From an uncultured Verrucomicrobiota bacterium (lineage in GTDB: Bacteria > Verrucomicrobiota > Verrucomicrobiia > Limisphaerales > SXQI01), in contig CAZMKE010000005.1 of the NCBI GenBank assembly GCA_964566945.1, positions 265,343 to 329,342 on the forward strand: 64,000 nt of DNA, in the 5' to 3' direction. Position numbers and translations under genes: made by a program. Below the pieces are notes generated by a model. That model was not told where the DNA came from. It ran no database searches and was given only the letters and a program-made list of their open reading frames with translations. Shown here in pieces: positions 44,603 through 53,977 of the stretch. How positions within the stretch are numbered: the first letter of the stretch is position 1; each line of letters starts with the position of its first letter.

Positions 44603-46987
44603 TCAATGAGCGCGCAAGCGGTAGAATCCCCGCAGCGCACCGAAATCCAGATCCCAATTCAACGAGGAAGCGGAGCTGACATTATTGGTCAGGACCGGCG
44701 TCCAATCGCGGAGATTCGACGAGGTTTCCAAAGTCACGAGCTGGCTGGCCGGAATGGACGCCTGCAGGCCGAGTTTGTTCATCCCGGAGCGGTTTACCGC
44801 CGAGAACCGCAATTGCCCCTGATATCCGGTTTGCGCTTTCCAGGCCCGGAGCAGGGTTCGCAGCGCTTCCGGCGGATTGGAGGGGGCGGGATGCCCGGCT
44901 TGATCCTGCCGGTTAACGCCATGACAGGAGGTGCAGCTCCGCACCTCACCCGGCTGAAACGTGAGCCAGTACCGCTCCCGAACGACCGCTTCGGCGTTCG
45001 GATCGGTCAACTGCCAGGTCAAGGCCCGGCGCGCCGGGACAAAGGCGGCCATCGAACCATCCGTGCCGAGGCGGACGCTGCCGATCGGCCCGCTGGAATT
45101 GTTTCCGTTCCAATCGGCCGCCGACCCGTGCAGATTCTGCGCAATGACGCGCCGGCCCGCCCGGCTGCCGCCGAAAACGCCCCGCAACTGGTCGGCCTCG
45201 AAGAGCTGCAAATGTGAGATATCGTAGACCTTCCCGTTGCCCACACTGGTCTGAGTGGACGTGCCCGCGATGCGCAAATTGTAGGGCTGCTGTTTGTCGG
45301 CATGATCCCGCGTGGTGACATTCCGGCTGACGATGAGGGCGAGATTATTCGTGCGCAAGAACTGCTGGAATCCGGCGATATCCACCTGCTCGGCGGCAAA
45401 AATCTGCTGTTCCGGCCCGGGAATTTCCGACTCGACCCGAGCCGGCCGGGTCCGCGGCCGAACTTCGACTGCATCCAATTCCCAGGCCAGTCCGGAGTAG
45501 GTGACGAGGGTGTCCGGGTTATAGTAGCTGACGGAAACATTGATGCCGGGAGTCAGCAGCTGATCGGGCACATAGTAGTTCCCGGCCTTCTTCAGGGTTT
45601 TCAGGCGAAAATCGTAAAGGCTGGCCGGCGCCGCGGTGGAGCCCGAGTTCTTGTCGGCGGTGGCGGTGGCGGTATGCGAAGCAACCAACTGTCCATCGCT
45701 GAGAGGGAGCGGATTCCGGTAGAGCCCGCTGTGATCGGCGGGCGGCGCCTGCCCGGCCGGAACGGCTGACTTGGTGGAAGGGGCCGTGAGGTAGGTGAGC
45801 TGGATCAAATCCGGGTTCAAAGTGGGCGGGCCATCCAGGCTGAGAATCTGGCCGGCGGCGTGCGTCCCGAACTCGGGCGAATCGATCCCCAGATAGCGGC
45901 CCGGATGGAGCGGGTCCTCCGCCATCTCGATGAAGTTCTCGAAATAGTTCGTATCGTAGCGGGCGGCAACATTGTAAAACGTGTCGAGCGCCGGATCGTT
46001 TTTAAAGCTCTGCTGGATGTAACGCGTCAGCTCATGGCGCCCGACATGGTTCAAAGTCTCCTCTTCCGTGCCATCCTCATGCATCTGCCAGGGGAAAAAC
46101 TGGTTGAACGTATGCCCCATCAGGGCAGCCGACTCCAGGCGCGGCTCGGGGAAGATCTCGGTGCGGTCGTTCAGGATGGCAGCGTTCGCCGATTCGTCCG
46201 AGAAATTGAACGTGCCATAGGCAGGCGTTTGCCCCTTGGCCGCCTGGCTGGCATCACTATCCGCCTGTTGATCGCGCTGAAGATGATCCCACCGGGTGAA
46301 CAGCACCCGCCCGAAGCTATCGACCAGCGGGGAAAAGGCGCCCGAAGGGGTGTGATTGAGCATGCGCAGGTCACCGGTCGACGGGTCCAGGCTCCACAAT
46401 CCGGTCACCGTGGGTGCTTCCTCGTACTCGTCCAGTTGCGGATACAGCTGGGCTTCCCCGGTGCGGGGTCGATCGCTCGTGAAGATGACGCGATCATCCG
46501 TCCCGTAGATCGGACTGATATTGTTGAAGTTAGATGGCTGATTCGGCAGTTTCGCAATGACCGGCGTTTCATTCGCTCCCAGGCCGCTGATTTCGTAAAG
46601 CTGCCAAAAGTAAGTCTGAACCTGGTACTGCTTCGCCGGCGCGCCGATCACCATGCTGAACACCGCCTTTTTCCCGCTCCAATGCACACAGGGCTGCCGG
46701 ACGGCGATGCCGTTGCCCGATTGCGACCCGGTTTTCCCATACCCGGCGGCTCGGGTCAGATTCTTAAGGCTGCCATCGGGGTAGAGCATATATAAGTCTC
46801 CGCCCCGCGCGACCGCTTCGAGCGACGCCTGGTGGTTGCCAAAGACGGAACCAATCGTCGTAAAGTCCGCTGGCACTGGCACCTGGGCGACAAAAAGAAC
46901 CGGGTTGGGCAGGGTGGCAGCCTCCTCCTTTGGAGCGAAGGAAACCAACCCGAGCAGAAGATTGAGTATTAGGATGCGCTTTCTCAT
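44603..46987 (-). CDS. large secreted hypothetical protein (TolB/hydrazine-synthase-alpha-like propeller suspected) with one C-terminal CxxCH motif and a terminal FYRL beta-sandwich tail
   Basis: Part of ORF 44603..47059; the start is at MRKRILILNLLLGLVSFAP (46987). Motifs: ISPIYGTDDRVIFTSDRPR, WSLDPSTGDLRMLNHTPSGAFSPLVDSFGRVLFTRWDHLQRDQ, CTSCH at 44921-44935, and the tail LETSSNLRDWTPVL...GFYRLRAH. Confidence 0.65.
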   Translation of the reverse strand: MRKRILILNLLLGLVSFAPKEEAATLPNPVLFVAQVPVPADFTTIGSVFGNHQASLEAVARGGDLYMLYPDGSLKNLTRAAGYGKTGSQSGNGIAVRQPCVHWSGKKAVFSMVIGAPAKQYQVQTYFWQLYEISGLGANETPVIAKLPNQPSNFNNISPIYGTDDRVIFTSDRPRTGEAQLYPQLDEYEEAPTVTGLWSLDPSTGDLRMLNHTPSGAFSPLVDSFGRVLFTRWDHLQRDQQADSDASQAAKGQTPAYGTFNFSDESANAAILNDRTEIFPEPRLESAALMGHTFNQFFPWQMHEDGTEEETLNHVGRHELTRYIQQSFKNDPALDTFYNVAARYDTNYFENFIEMAEDPLHPGRYLGIDSPEFGTHAAGQILSLDGPPTLNPDLIQLTYLTAPSTKSAVPAGQAPPADHSGLYRNPLPLSDGQLVASHTATATADKNSGSTAAPASLYDFRLKTLKKAGNYYVPDQLLTPGINVSVSYYNPDTLVTYSGLAWELDAVEVRPRTRPARVESEIPGPEQQIFAAEQVDIAGFQQFLRTNNLALIVSRNVTTRDHADKQQPYNLRIAGTSTQTSVGNGKVYDISHLQLFEADQLRGVFGGSRAGRRVIAQNLHGSAADWNGNNSSGPIGSVRLGTDGSMAAFVPARRALTWQLTDPNAEAVVRERYWLTFQPGEVRSCTSCHGVNRQDQAGHPAPSNPPEALRTLLRAWKAQTGYQGQLRFSAVNRSGMNKLGLQASIPASQLVTLETSSNLRDWTPVLTNNVSSASSLNWDLDFGALRGFYRLRAH

Positions 46988-47118
46988 TTCCACGACGTGA
47001 CCTGAATCCGGGCAGAAGCAAGCCGAACGCCAAAATCCGAATTTGACGCCCGCAGACAAATCAGTTCATTGACAGCCACCACGCCCGGCCCCATTCTCCC
47101 GCGACCACCCACATCCCG

Positions 47119-48351
47119 ATGCAAACCGCGGAAAAGCCCCCTGTCCCGGCCGGTGTCCAAACTGCAACAAACTCCGCAAGCAGCGTCCGCCCCCGCCTTG
47201 AGTCCGTGGACTTGCTGCGCGGATTGATCATGGTGCTCATGGCGCTGGACCATGCGCGCGATTTCTTCACCAACGTCAAATACGATCCGCTCGATCTTAC
47301 TCAGACCTCCCCGGCGCTTTTCATGACGCGCTGGCTCACGCATTACTGCGCGCCCCTATTTATTTTCCTGGCGGGCGTCGGCGCCTGCCTGGCCAGCCGG
47401 AGGGGAAAATCGACCCAGGAAATCTCGCGCGGCCTGCTCTCGCGCGGACTGTGGCTCGCCTTTCTGGAAGTCAGCTGGGTGTATTGCCTCGGTTGGGCTT
47501 TCAATTTTGATTTTCGCAACGTTGGCGTCGGCGTTCTTTGGGCGATTGGCTGGTCGATGGTCGGCCTGGCCGGGCTGATCTGGCTGCCCAGGACCGCCAT
47601 CGGCGTTTTCGGAGTGGCGGTGATCTTCCTGCACAATTTGTTCGATTCCATCCTGCCGGAAAATGCGGGAGCTTTTGGCTGGCTCGTCACCCTCCTGCAT
47701 GTGCCCGGACCGATTTACGAAGCGCCCGGGTGGAACTTGCGCGTCGGTTACGTGATCGTGCCGTGGATCGGAGTGATGGCGGCTGGCTACGCCTTTGGCC
47801 AGGTTTACACATGGCCTGCGGAACGCCGGCAGAAATTCACGCTGCGCCTGGGCATCGCCGCCACCCTGGCGTTTGTCATCATCCGCGGTTTGAATGGCTA
47901 CGGCAACCCGAAGCCCTGGGCGCCCGAAAGCAGCCTGCTCTACACCGCGTTCTCATTTGTCGATTGCCACAAATATCCGCCGTCGCTGGATTATGTGCTC
48001 ATGACGGTCGGGCCGGGGCTGATTGCGCTCGCGCTCCTCGAGAAACTTTCTCCGAAGATTCTCAGCCCGTTTCTGGTGTTCGGGCGCGTGCCGCTCTTTT
48101 ACTACCTGCTCCACCTGCCCCTGCTCCACGGAATGGCGGTGATCGTAGCGCTGATCCGGCATGGGAGCGCGACCTGGCTTTTTGAAAGCCCCTTCGTGAA
48201 AGTGCCGCTGCCCCGGCCGGACAACGCCGGTTTTGGGTTGCTGGGCGTTTACACGTTCTGGATCTCGGCGATTCTGATTCTTTACCCGATCTGCCGCTGG
48301 TTCTCCGCCCTGAAAATGCGCCGGCGGGATTGGTGGCTCAGCTACCTCTGA
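47119..48351 (+). CDS. DUF1624 / heparan-alpha-glucosaminide N-acetyltransferase-like membrane acyltransferase
   Basis: 410-aa polytopic protein. The N-terminal signature is RLESVDLLRGLIMVLMALDHARDFF. Confidence 0.75.
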   Translation: MQTAEKPPVPAGVQTATNSASSVRPRLESVDLLRGLIMVLMALDHARDFFTNVKYDPLDLTQTSPALFMTRWLTHYCAPLFIFLAGVGACLASRRGKSTQEISRGLLSRGLWLAFLEVSWVYCLGWAFNFDFRNVGVGVLWAIGWSMVGLAGLIWLPRTAIGVFGVAVIFLHNLFDSILPENAGAFGWLVTLLHVPGPIYEAPGWNLRVGYVIVPWIGVMAAGYAFGQVYTWPAERRQKFTLRLGIAATLAFVIIRGLNGYGNPKPWAPESSLLYTAFSFVDCHKYPPSLDYVLMTVGPGLIALALLEKLSPKILSPFLVFGRVPLFYYLLHLPLLHGMAVIVALIRHGSATWLFESPFVKVPLPRPDNAGFGLLGVYTFWISAILILYPICRWFSALKMRRRDWWLSYL

Positions 48352-48374
48352 CGGGCCGCGGAGCCCAGCCAAAC

Positions 48375-50513
48375 TCAGGGCGTTTCCAACCCGCGCCGTT
48401 TCAGGAGAGGGCCAATCTCCGGATCGCGTCCGCGAAACGCGCGAAACAAATCCATCGCTTCGACGCTGCCGCCACGCGAGAGCAGCATGGTCCGAAAGCG
48501 ATCGCCATTTTCGCGGCGCAATCCGCCATGTTCCTTGAACCAGTCCACCGTGTCCGCGTCCAGCACCTCGCTCCAGATATAGGAGTAGTAGCCCGCCGAA
48601 TAGCCGCTGGCGAAAATATGGCTGAAGTAGGTGCTGCGGTAACGCGGCGGCACCGGCGCGAAATCCACTCCGGCCTTCTGCAGCGCCTCCTTTTCGAAGG
48701 CCAGCACGCCCTCCGCCGCGGGGACCTGGTCCGCCCGCAACTGATGCCACGCCTGATCAAGCAACGCCGCCGCCAAGTACTCCGTGGTGGCGAAGCCCTG
48801 GTTGAACTTCGCGGCCGCCAATACCTTCTCCACCAATTCGGGCGGCAGGGCTTCTCCGCTTTGATGATGGCGCGCGTAGTGCTTCAGCACATCCGGCCAG
48901 TGCGCCCACATCTCGTTGACTTGGGACGGAAATTCCACAAAATCCCGCGGCACGCTCGTCCCGGCAAAGCGTGGATACCTCACCGCGGAGAACATGCCAT
49001 GCAGCGCATGGCCGAATTCATGAAAGGCTGTCCGCCCTTCGTCCCAGGTCATGAGCGTCGGCTGGCCCTCCGGCGGCTTCGGGATGTTCAGATGGTTGGC
49101 GATTACCGGCCGATTGCCGAGCAGGTAGCTCTGCCCCACATAGGCGCTGGCCCAGGCCCCGCCGCGCTTGGAGGGGCGCGCATACCAATCGACGATGAAC
49201 AGCGCCAGGGGCGAACCATCTTCATTCGACACCTCGAAAACGCGCGTGTCCGGATGGTAAAGAGGCAGGTCCTGGCGTTCCTTGAACGTGATGCCGTAGA
49301 GGCGGGTCGCGGCATAGAAAACGCCATCGATCAGCACCCGATTCATCTCCATGTACGGGCGAATCTGCGATTCGTCGAAAGAATAGCGCTCCTGGCGCGC
49401 CTTCTCCGAATAGAACGACCAGTCCCAGGCCGCCAGTTGAAAACCACCCTTCTCCCGATCGATCAATCGCTGCAGTTCGGCCGCTTCCTTGCGCGCATTG
49501 GCCACCGCTGCCGGGGCGAGCTGCCCAAGCATTTTGTTCACGGCGGGAACCGTCCGGGCTGTTTGTTCTTCCAATTCGTAAGCGGCGTGATTCTCGTAGC
49601 CGAGCAAGGCCGCGCGTTCCGCCCGCAGTCTGGCGACCTTGGCCACGTTCTCGCGATTATCAAACTCGCCCCCGTGATTATTCCGCGCCAGGGACGCCTG
49701 ATAAATCCGCTCGCGCAACGCCCGATTCTTCAACTCCGCCAGGGGCGGCTGGCCGCTCGTGTTCATCAGAATGATCAGATACTGGCCCTCGTGCCCGGCG
49801 GCTTTGGCGGCGGAAGCAGCGGAGGCGATGGCATTTTCCGACAATCCCTCCAACTCCTCCCGCTTCTCCACCAGCACGGCCGACGCATTGACCTCTTTCA
49901 ACACGTTCTGCGAAAAGGCCGGACGCAACCGGGCCAGCTCCGCATTCAGCGCTCGGAGCTTATCCTTGTCCGCTTCCGAGAGTTTCGCGCCGGCCCGCAC
50001 GAAATCCTGGTAGTAGCGCTCCACCGCCCGTTTGGACTCCGCGTCGAGGCCAAGGCTGTCCCGTTGTTCGTGCAAAGCGGAGATCCTCTGGAACAACGCC
50101 AGATTCAGGCGGATGGCGTCCGAATGAGCCGCGAGTTTGGGGGCGCTTTCCTTCTCCACCTGCTGCAGTTTGGGGTTGGTATGGGTGCCGTTGAGGTTGG
50201 AAAAGATCCGCTGCACCCGTTCGAGGGTCTGCCCGGAACGTTCCAGGGCTACGATGGTATTCTCAAAGGTCGGGCCGGCGGAGTTTTGCGCGATGGCCTG
50301 CACTTCCCGAATCTGTTCGGCCATTCCCGCCTCGAGCGCCGGGGCAAAATGCTCGTCTTTTATCCGGTCAAACGGCGGATAATGATAGGGGAGGTTACTT
50401 TCCTGAAGCAGCGGGTTCTCAGTCATTTCGGCGGCAAAATATGCCGGCGCACCATACAGGAAATTCAAAAGGAGCCAAACGGATACCATCACGGTTCGAG
50501 GGACGATGCGCAT
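48375..50513 (-). CDS. dcp: M3-family peptidyl-dipeptidase
   Basis: 712 aa with a signal peptide. The zinc site is FHEFGHALHG. M3A patterns are present throughout (NESNLPYHYPPFDRIKDEHF, RPYMEMNRV, HLNIPKPPEG, GYSAGYYSYIWSEVL). Confidence 0.85.
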   Translation of the reverse strand: MRIVPRTVMVSVWLLLNFLYGAPAYFAAEMTENPLLQESNLPYHYPPFDRIKDEHFAPALEAGMAEQIREVQAIAQNSAGPTFENTIVALERSGQTLERVQRIFSNLNGTHTNPKLQQVEKESAPKLAAHSDAIRLNLALFQRISALHEQRDSLGLDAESKRAVERYYQDFVRAGAKLSEADKDKLRALNAELARLRPAFSQNVLKEVNASAVLVEKREELEGLSENAIASAASAAKAAGHEGQYLIILMNTSGQPPLAELKNRALRERIYQASLARNNHGGEFDNRENVAKVARLRAERAALLGYENHAAYELEEQTARTVPAVNKMLGQLAPAAVANARKEAAELQRLIDREKGGFQLAAWDWSFYSEKARQERYSFDESQIRPYMEMNRVLIDGVFYAATRLYGITFKERQDLPLYHPDTRVFEVSNEDGSPLALFIVDWYARPSKRGGAWASAYVGQSYLLGNRPVIANHLNIPKPPEGQPTLMTWDEGRTAFHEFGHALHGMFSAVRYPRFAGTSVPRDFVEFPSQVNEMWAHWPDVLKHYARHHQSGEALPPELVEKVLAAAKFNQGFATTEYLAAALLDQAWHQLRADQVPAAEGVLAFEKEALQKAGVDFAPVPPRYRSTYFSHIFASGYSAGYYSYIWSEVLDADTVDWFKEHGGLRRENGDRFRTMLLSRGGSVEAMDLFRAFRGRDPEIGPLLKRRGLETP

Positions 50514-50658
50514 AAATTAAACGCGCCCAAAGGCGCACTTTCCACCGGGCCAGAGTGGGACCGCAAGGCAGGCCGGTCAAGACTGTCGGCGCCCCGCCGA
50601 ACTGTTTTGAAGCGAACGGTTGTGGCGCGCGTCCATTCTGAGGTATTTTGGATGTAAC

Positions 50659-53600
50659 ATGGCTGCCTTGACCCGACTTACATGGCTGAGCCTCTGCAGC
50701 GCCGCCACTCTGATCAGCGCCACCGCGGAGGACAAGCTCGACCCGGCCGGAACCGAGTTTTTCGAAAGCAAGATTCGCCCGGTCCTCGCTGAGCACTGCT
50801 ACTCCTGCCACAGCGACAAAGCGGAGAAACTGAAGGGCGGCCTGCATTTGGAGACCCGCGACGGCCTGCTCAAGGGTGGCGAGAATGGCCCCGCCATCGA
50901 CCCGGGCCATCCGGAAAAAAGCCTCCTCCTCAAAGCGATCCGCTACACGGATGAGAATCTTCAGATGCCGCCGAAGGGCAAAAAACTGAGCGGCGAGCAA
51001 ATCGCCGATTTCGAAGCCTGGATTAAAATGGGCGCTCCGGACCCGCGCAGCGGCGAAAAAGGCGCCCCTCGCGAGTCGGATAAACGCAAGACGCACTGGG
51101 CGTTCCAACCGATCCATCGCCCCAGCCTTCCCCCGGTTTCGGATCCACGGTGGGTCAAAAGCCCGGTCGACGCATTCATCCTCGCGAAACTCGACGCGAA
51201 CGGGCTGTCCCACGCGCAGCGCGCAGACCGCCGCACGCTCATCCGGCGCGCCTCCTTCGATCTCACCGGCCTGCCCCCGACCCCGGAGGAGGTGGAATCG
51301 TTTGTTCAGGACACATCGGACCGCGCCTGGGAAAACGTGATCGACCGCCTCCTGGCCTCGCCGCAATACGGCGAACGCTGGGCTCGCCACTGGCTCGATG
51401 TGGCGCGCTACGCGGATACGAAAGGCTATGTCTTCGAGGAGGAACGCCGCTTTCCCTACTCCTACACCTATCGCGACTACGTCATCCGGTCGTTCAACGA
51501 AGACCTCCCGTTCGATCAATTCATCGTCGAACAGATCGCCGCGGACCTCCTGCCTCTGGGCGAAGACAAGCGGCCCCTCGCCGCCCTGGGATTCCTCACG
51601 CTGGGCCGACGGTTCCTGAATAATCAAACCGACATTATCGACGATCGCATCGACGTCGTTTCGCGCGGCTTGATGGGCCTGACCGTCGGCTGCGCCCGGT
51701 GCCACGACCACAAGTATGACCCGATCCCAACGCGGGACTACTATTCGCTCTACGGGGTGTTTGCGAGTTCATCCGAACCCAAAGACAAACCGCTGCTCGG
51801 CTCCGCCGCCCTGCCCAAAGAATACCCGCAATACGAGGCCGAACGGAAAAAACGGCAGGAGGAGTTGGACACCTTCCGCGAAACTAAGTTCGCCGAGGTG
51901 CTGGCGGATCTGCGGACCAAGGCCGCGGACTACATGCTGGTCGCCCTCGAAGCGGAGAAGCTGGAAGACAAGGGCAAGCTCGACGTCTTCGCCCGCGAAC
52001 GCAAGCTGCACCCGATCGGAGTCACGCGCTGGATGAACTTCCTGGCCGAACGCCGCAAAGCCACCAACGACGCGATCTTCGCGCCCTGGTTCGCTTTCGC
52101 TGCCCTCACCAATTATGAGGCGGAAGCGAAGCCTCTTTTCGAGCAGTTTCGAACGGCCACCAATCTCAACCCCGTCATTTCGCAGAACCTCGGCGAAGCC
52201 CCTCCCGGCTCGATCAAGGACCTGGCCGAAGTGTACCGCAAGGCGTTCGCGCAGGTCGATGCCGCCTGGGCGGATGCCCGAAAACAAACGAACTCAAGCA
52301 ATCGGCTGCCGAACGATTCCCAGGAAATGATCCGGCAGGTGCTTTACGCGGAGGCCGGTCCGGCGCGAGTGCCGGACGGGGAGATTCCCCGCCTGTTCGA
52401 TGTGCCCACAGGCCAAAAGAGCCGCGCGCTCCAGCGCAAGCTGGAAGAACTCGACGCGACTCATCCCGGGTCGCCGCCGCGCGGCATGGTGCTGAATGAA
52501 AACGCCGAGCCTTTCAAGCCTCACGTCTTCATCCGCGGCAATCAATTCAATCAAGGGCCGGAAGTCCCACGCCAATTTTTGGAGCTGATCGCCGGCCCCG
52601 ATCGCAAGCCTTTTCAAAAGGGAGGCGGCCGGCTCGAACTGGCTCAAGCCATCGCCAGCCGCGAAAACCCGCTCACCGCCCGCGTGTTGGTGAACCGCAT
52701 TTGGCTCAATCACTTTGGCGCCGGGCTGGTGCGGACGCCCAGCGATTTCGGGGTTCGCGCCGAACCGCCGACGCATCCCGAGTTATTGGATTACCTCGCG
52801 TCGTGGCTCATGGACAACGGCTGGTCGCTCAAAAAGCTCCACAAGACGATCCTCCTCTCCAACGCCTACCAGCAGAGCAGCGACGAACGCCCCGATTGCG
52901 TGCAAAAAGATCCGGCCAATTCCCTGCTCTGGCGCATGAACCGGCGCCGCCTGGAGTTCGAGCCCTTGCGCGATACGCTCCTCGCGGTCTCCGGCAAGCT
53001 GGATCTTCGCGAGGGCGGCCACCCCGTCGAGATTGCCGCGGAACCTTCAGCCCCGCGCCGCACGATCTATGGCTTCGTCGAACGCCAGAATCTGCCCGGA
53101 ATTTTCCGCACGTTCGATTTTGCCAGCCCGGATACGACCAGCCCGCAGCGGTTCAACACCACCGTGCCGCAGCAGGCGCTTTTCATGATCAATTCGCCGT
53201 TTGTGCAGCAGCAGGCCCGCAGCTTCGCCGCCCGGCCGGAAGTGGCGCAGGCCCGCGAGCCGCGCGAAAAAATCACGGCTCTTTACCTGACCGCGCTGCA
53301 GCGAAAGCCGAGCGCCGAGGAACTCTCCCTGGCCGAGGAGTTCATCCGCGGCCAGGCCGCCGTTCCCGCCCCGGAACCGCCCCCGGAGGTCTGGAAATAC
53401 GGCTTCGGTGAAATCGCCCAATCTCCGCTGCGGCTGGCGGGTTTCACTCCGCTCCCCCACTTCACCGGCAAAGCCTGGCAGGGAAGCGACAAGCTGCCGG
53501 ATGAAAGACTGGGCTGGCTCACCCTGAACGCCACGGGTGGCCATCCAGGGGACGGCCCGAAACACGCCATCGTCCGCCGCTGGGTCGCGCCGCAGGATGG

Positions 53601-53970
53601 CGCCGTCTCGATCTCCGGAACGCTGGAACATCCCTCCGAAGCCGGCGATGGGGTGCGTGGTTACATTTTCTCCAGCCGCCTCGGCGCGCTCGGGTTCTGG
53701 CCCGTGTACCATGGCAAAAGGGAGATGAGCATTCCCCGGGTCGAAGTGAAAAAGGGCGACACGCTGGACTTTGTCGTCGACAGCCACGACAACCTTGACA
53801 GCGATTCTTTCAACTGGGCGCCGGTGGTGCGCACGGTCTCAACCGGCGACGCCACCTGGGCCGCGCGTGAAGACTTCAGCGGGCCCAAAACACCGCCCAC
53901 CCCGCTCAATCCGTGGGAGAAATTTGCCCAGGTCCTGCTCATGTCCAACGAACTGGCGTTCGCGGACTGA
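50659..53970 (+). CDS. PSCyt1 (haem c) / PSCyt2 / PSD1 protein with an extra roughly 200-aa domain near the C-terminus; no adjacent DUF1501 partner
   Basis: Part of ORF 50620..53970; the start is at MAALTRLTWLSLCSAATLISATAED (50659). Motifs: [113 protein letters not shown]. The terminal motif LLMSNELAFAD is preceded by an inserted segment (WKYGFGE...FVVDSHDNLDSDSFNW...). Confidence 0.9.
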   Translation: MAALTRLTWLSLCSAATLISATAEDKLDPAGTEFFESKIRPVLAEHCYSCHSDKAEKLKGGLHLETRDGLLKGGENGPAIDPGHPEKSLLLKAIRYTDENLQMPPKGKKLSGEQIADFEAWIKMGAPDPRSGEKGAPRESDKRKTHWAFQPIHRPSLPPVSDPRWVKSPVDAFILAKLDANGLSHAQRADRRTLIRRASFDLTGLPPTPEEVESFVQDTSDRAWENVIDRLLASPQYGERWARHWLDVARYADTKGYVFEEERRFPYSYTYRDYVIRSFNEDLPFDQFIVEQIAADLLPLGEDKRPLAALGFLTLGRRFLNNQTDIIDDRIDVVSRGLMGLTVGCARCHDHKYDPIPTRDYYSLYGVFASSSEPKDKPLLGSAALPKEYPQYEAERKKRQEELDTFRETKFAEVLADLRTKAADYMLVALEAEKLEDKGKLDVFARERKLHPIGVTRWMNFLAERRKATNDAIFAPWFAFAALTNYEAEAKPLFEQFRTATNLNPVISQNLGEAPPGSIKDLAEVYRKAFAQVDAAWADARKQTNSSNRLPNDSQEMIRQVLYAEAGPARVPDGEIPRLFDVPTGQKSRALQRKLEELDATHPGSPPRGMVLNENAEPFKPHVFIRGNQFNQGPEVPRQFLELIAGPDRKPFQKGGGRLELAQAIASRENPLTARVLVNRIWLNHFGAGLVRTPSDFGVRAEPPTHPELLDYLASWLMDNGWSLKKLHKTILLSNAYQQSSDERPDCVQKDPANSLLWRMNRRRLEFEPLRDTLLAVSGKLDLREGGHPVEIAAEPSAPRRTIYGFVERQNLPGIFRTFDFASPDTTSPQRFNTTVPQQALFMINSPFVQQQARSFAARPEVAQAREPREKITALYLTALQRKPSAEELSLAEEFIRGQAAVPAPEPPPEVWKYGFGEIAQSPLRLAGFTPLPHFTGKAWQGSDKLPDERLGWLTLNATGGHPGDGPKHAIVRRWVAPQDGAVSISGTLEHPSEAGDGVRGYIFSSRLGALGFWPVYHGKREMSIPRVEVKKGDTLDFVVDSHDNLDSDSFNWAPVVRTVSTGDATWAAREDFSGPKTPPTPLNPWEKFAQVLLMSNELAFAD

Positions 53971-53977
53971 CCGGCCA

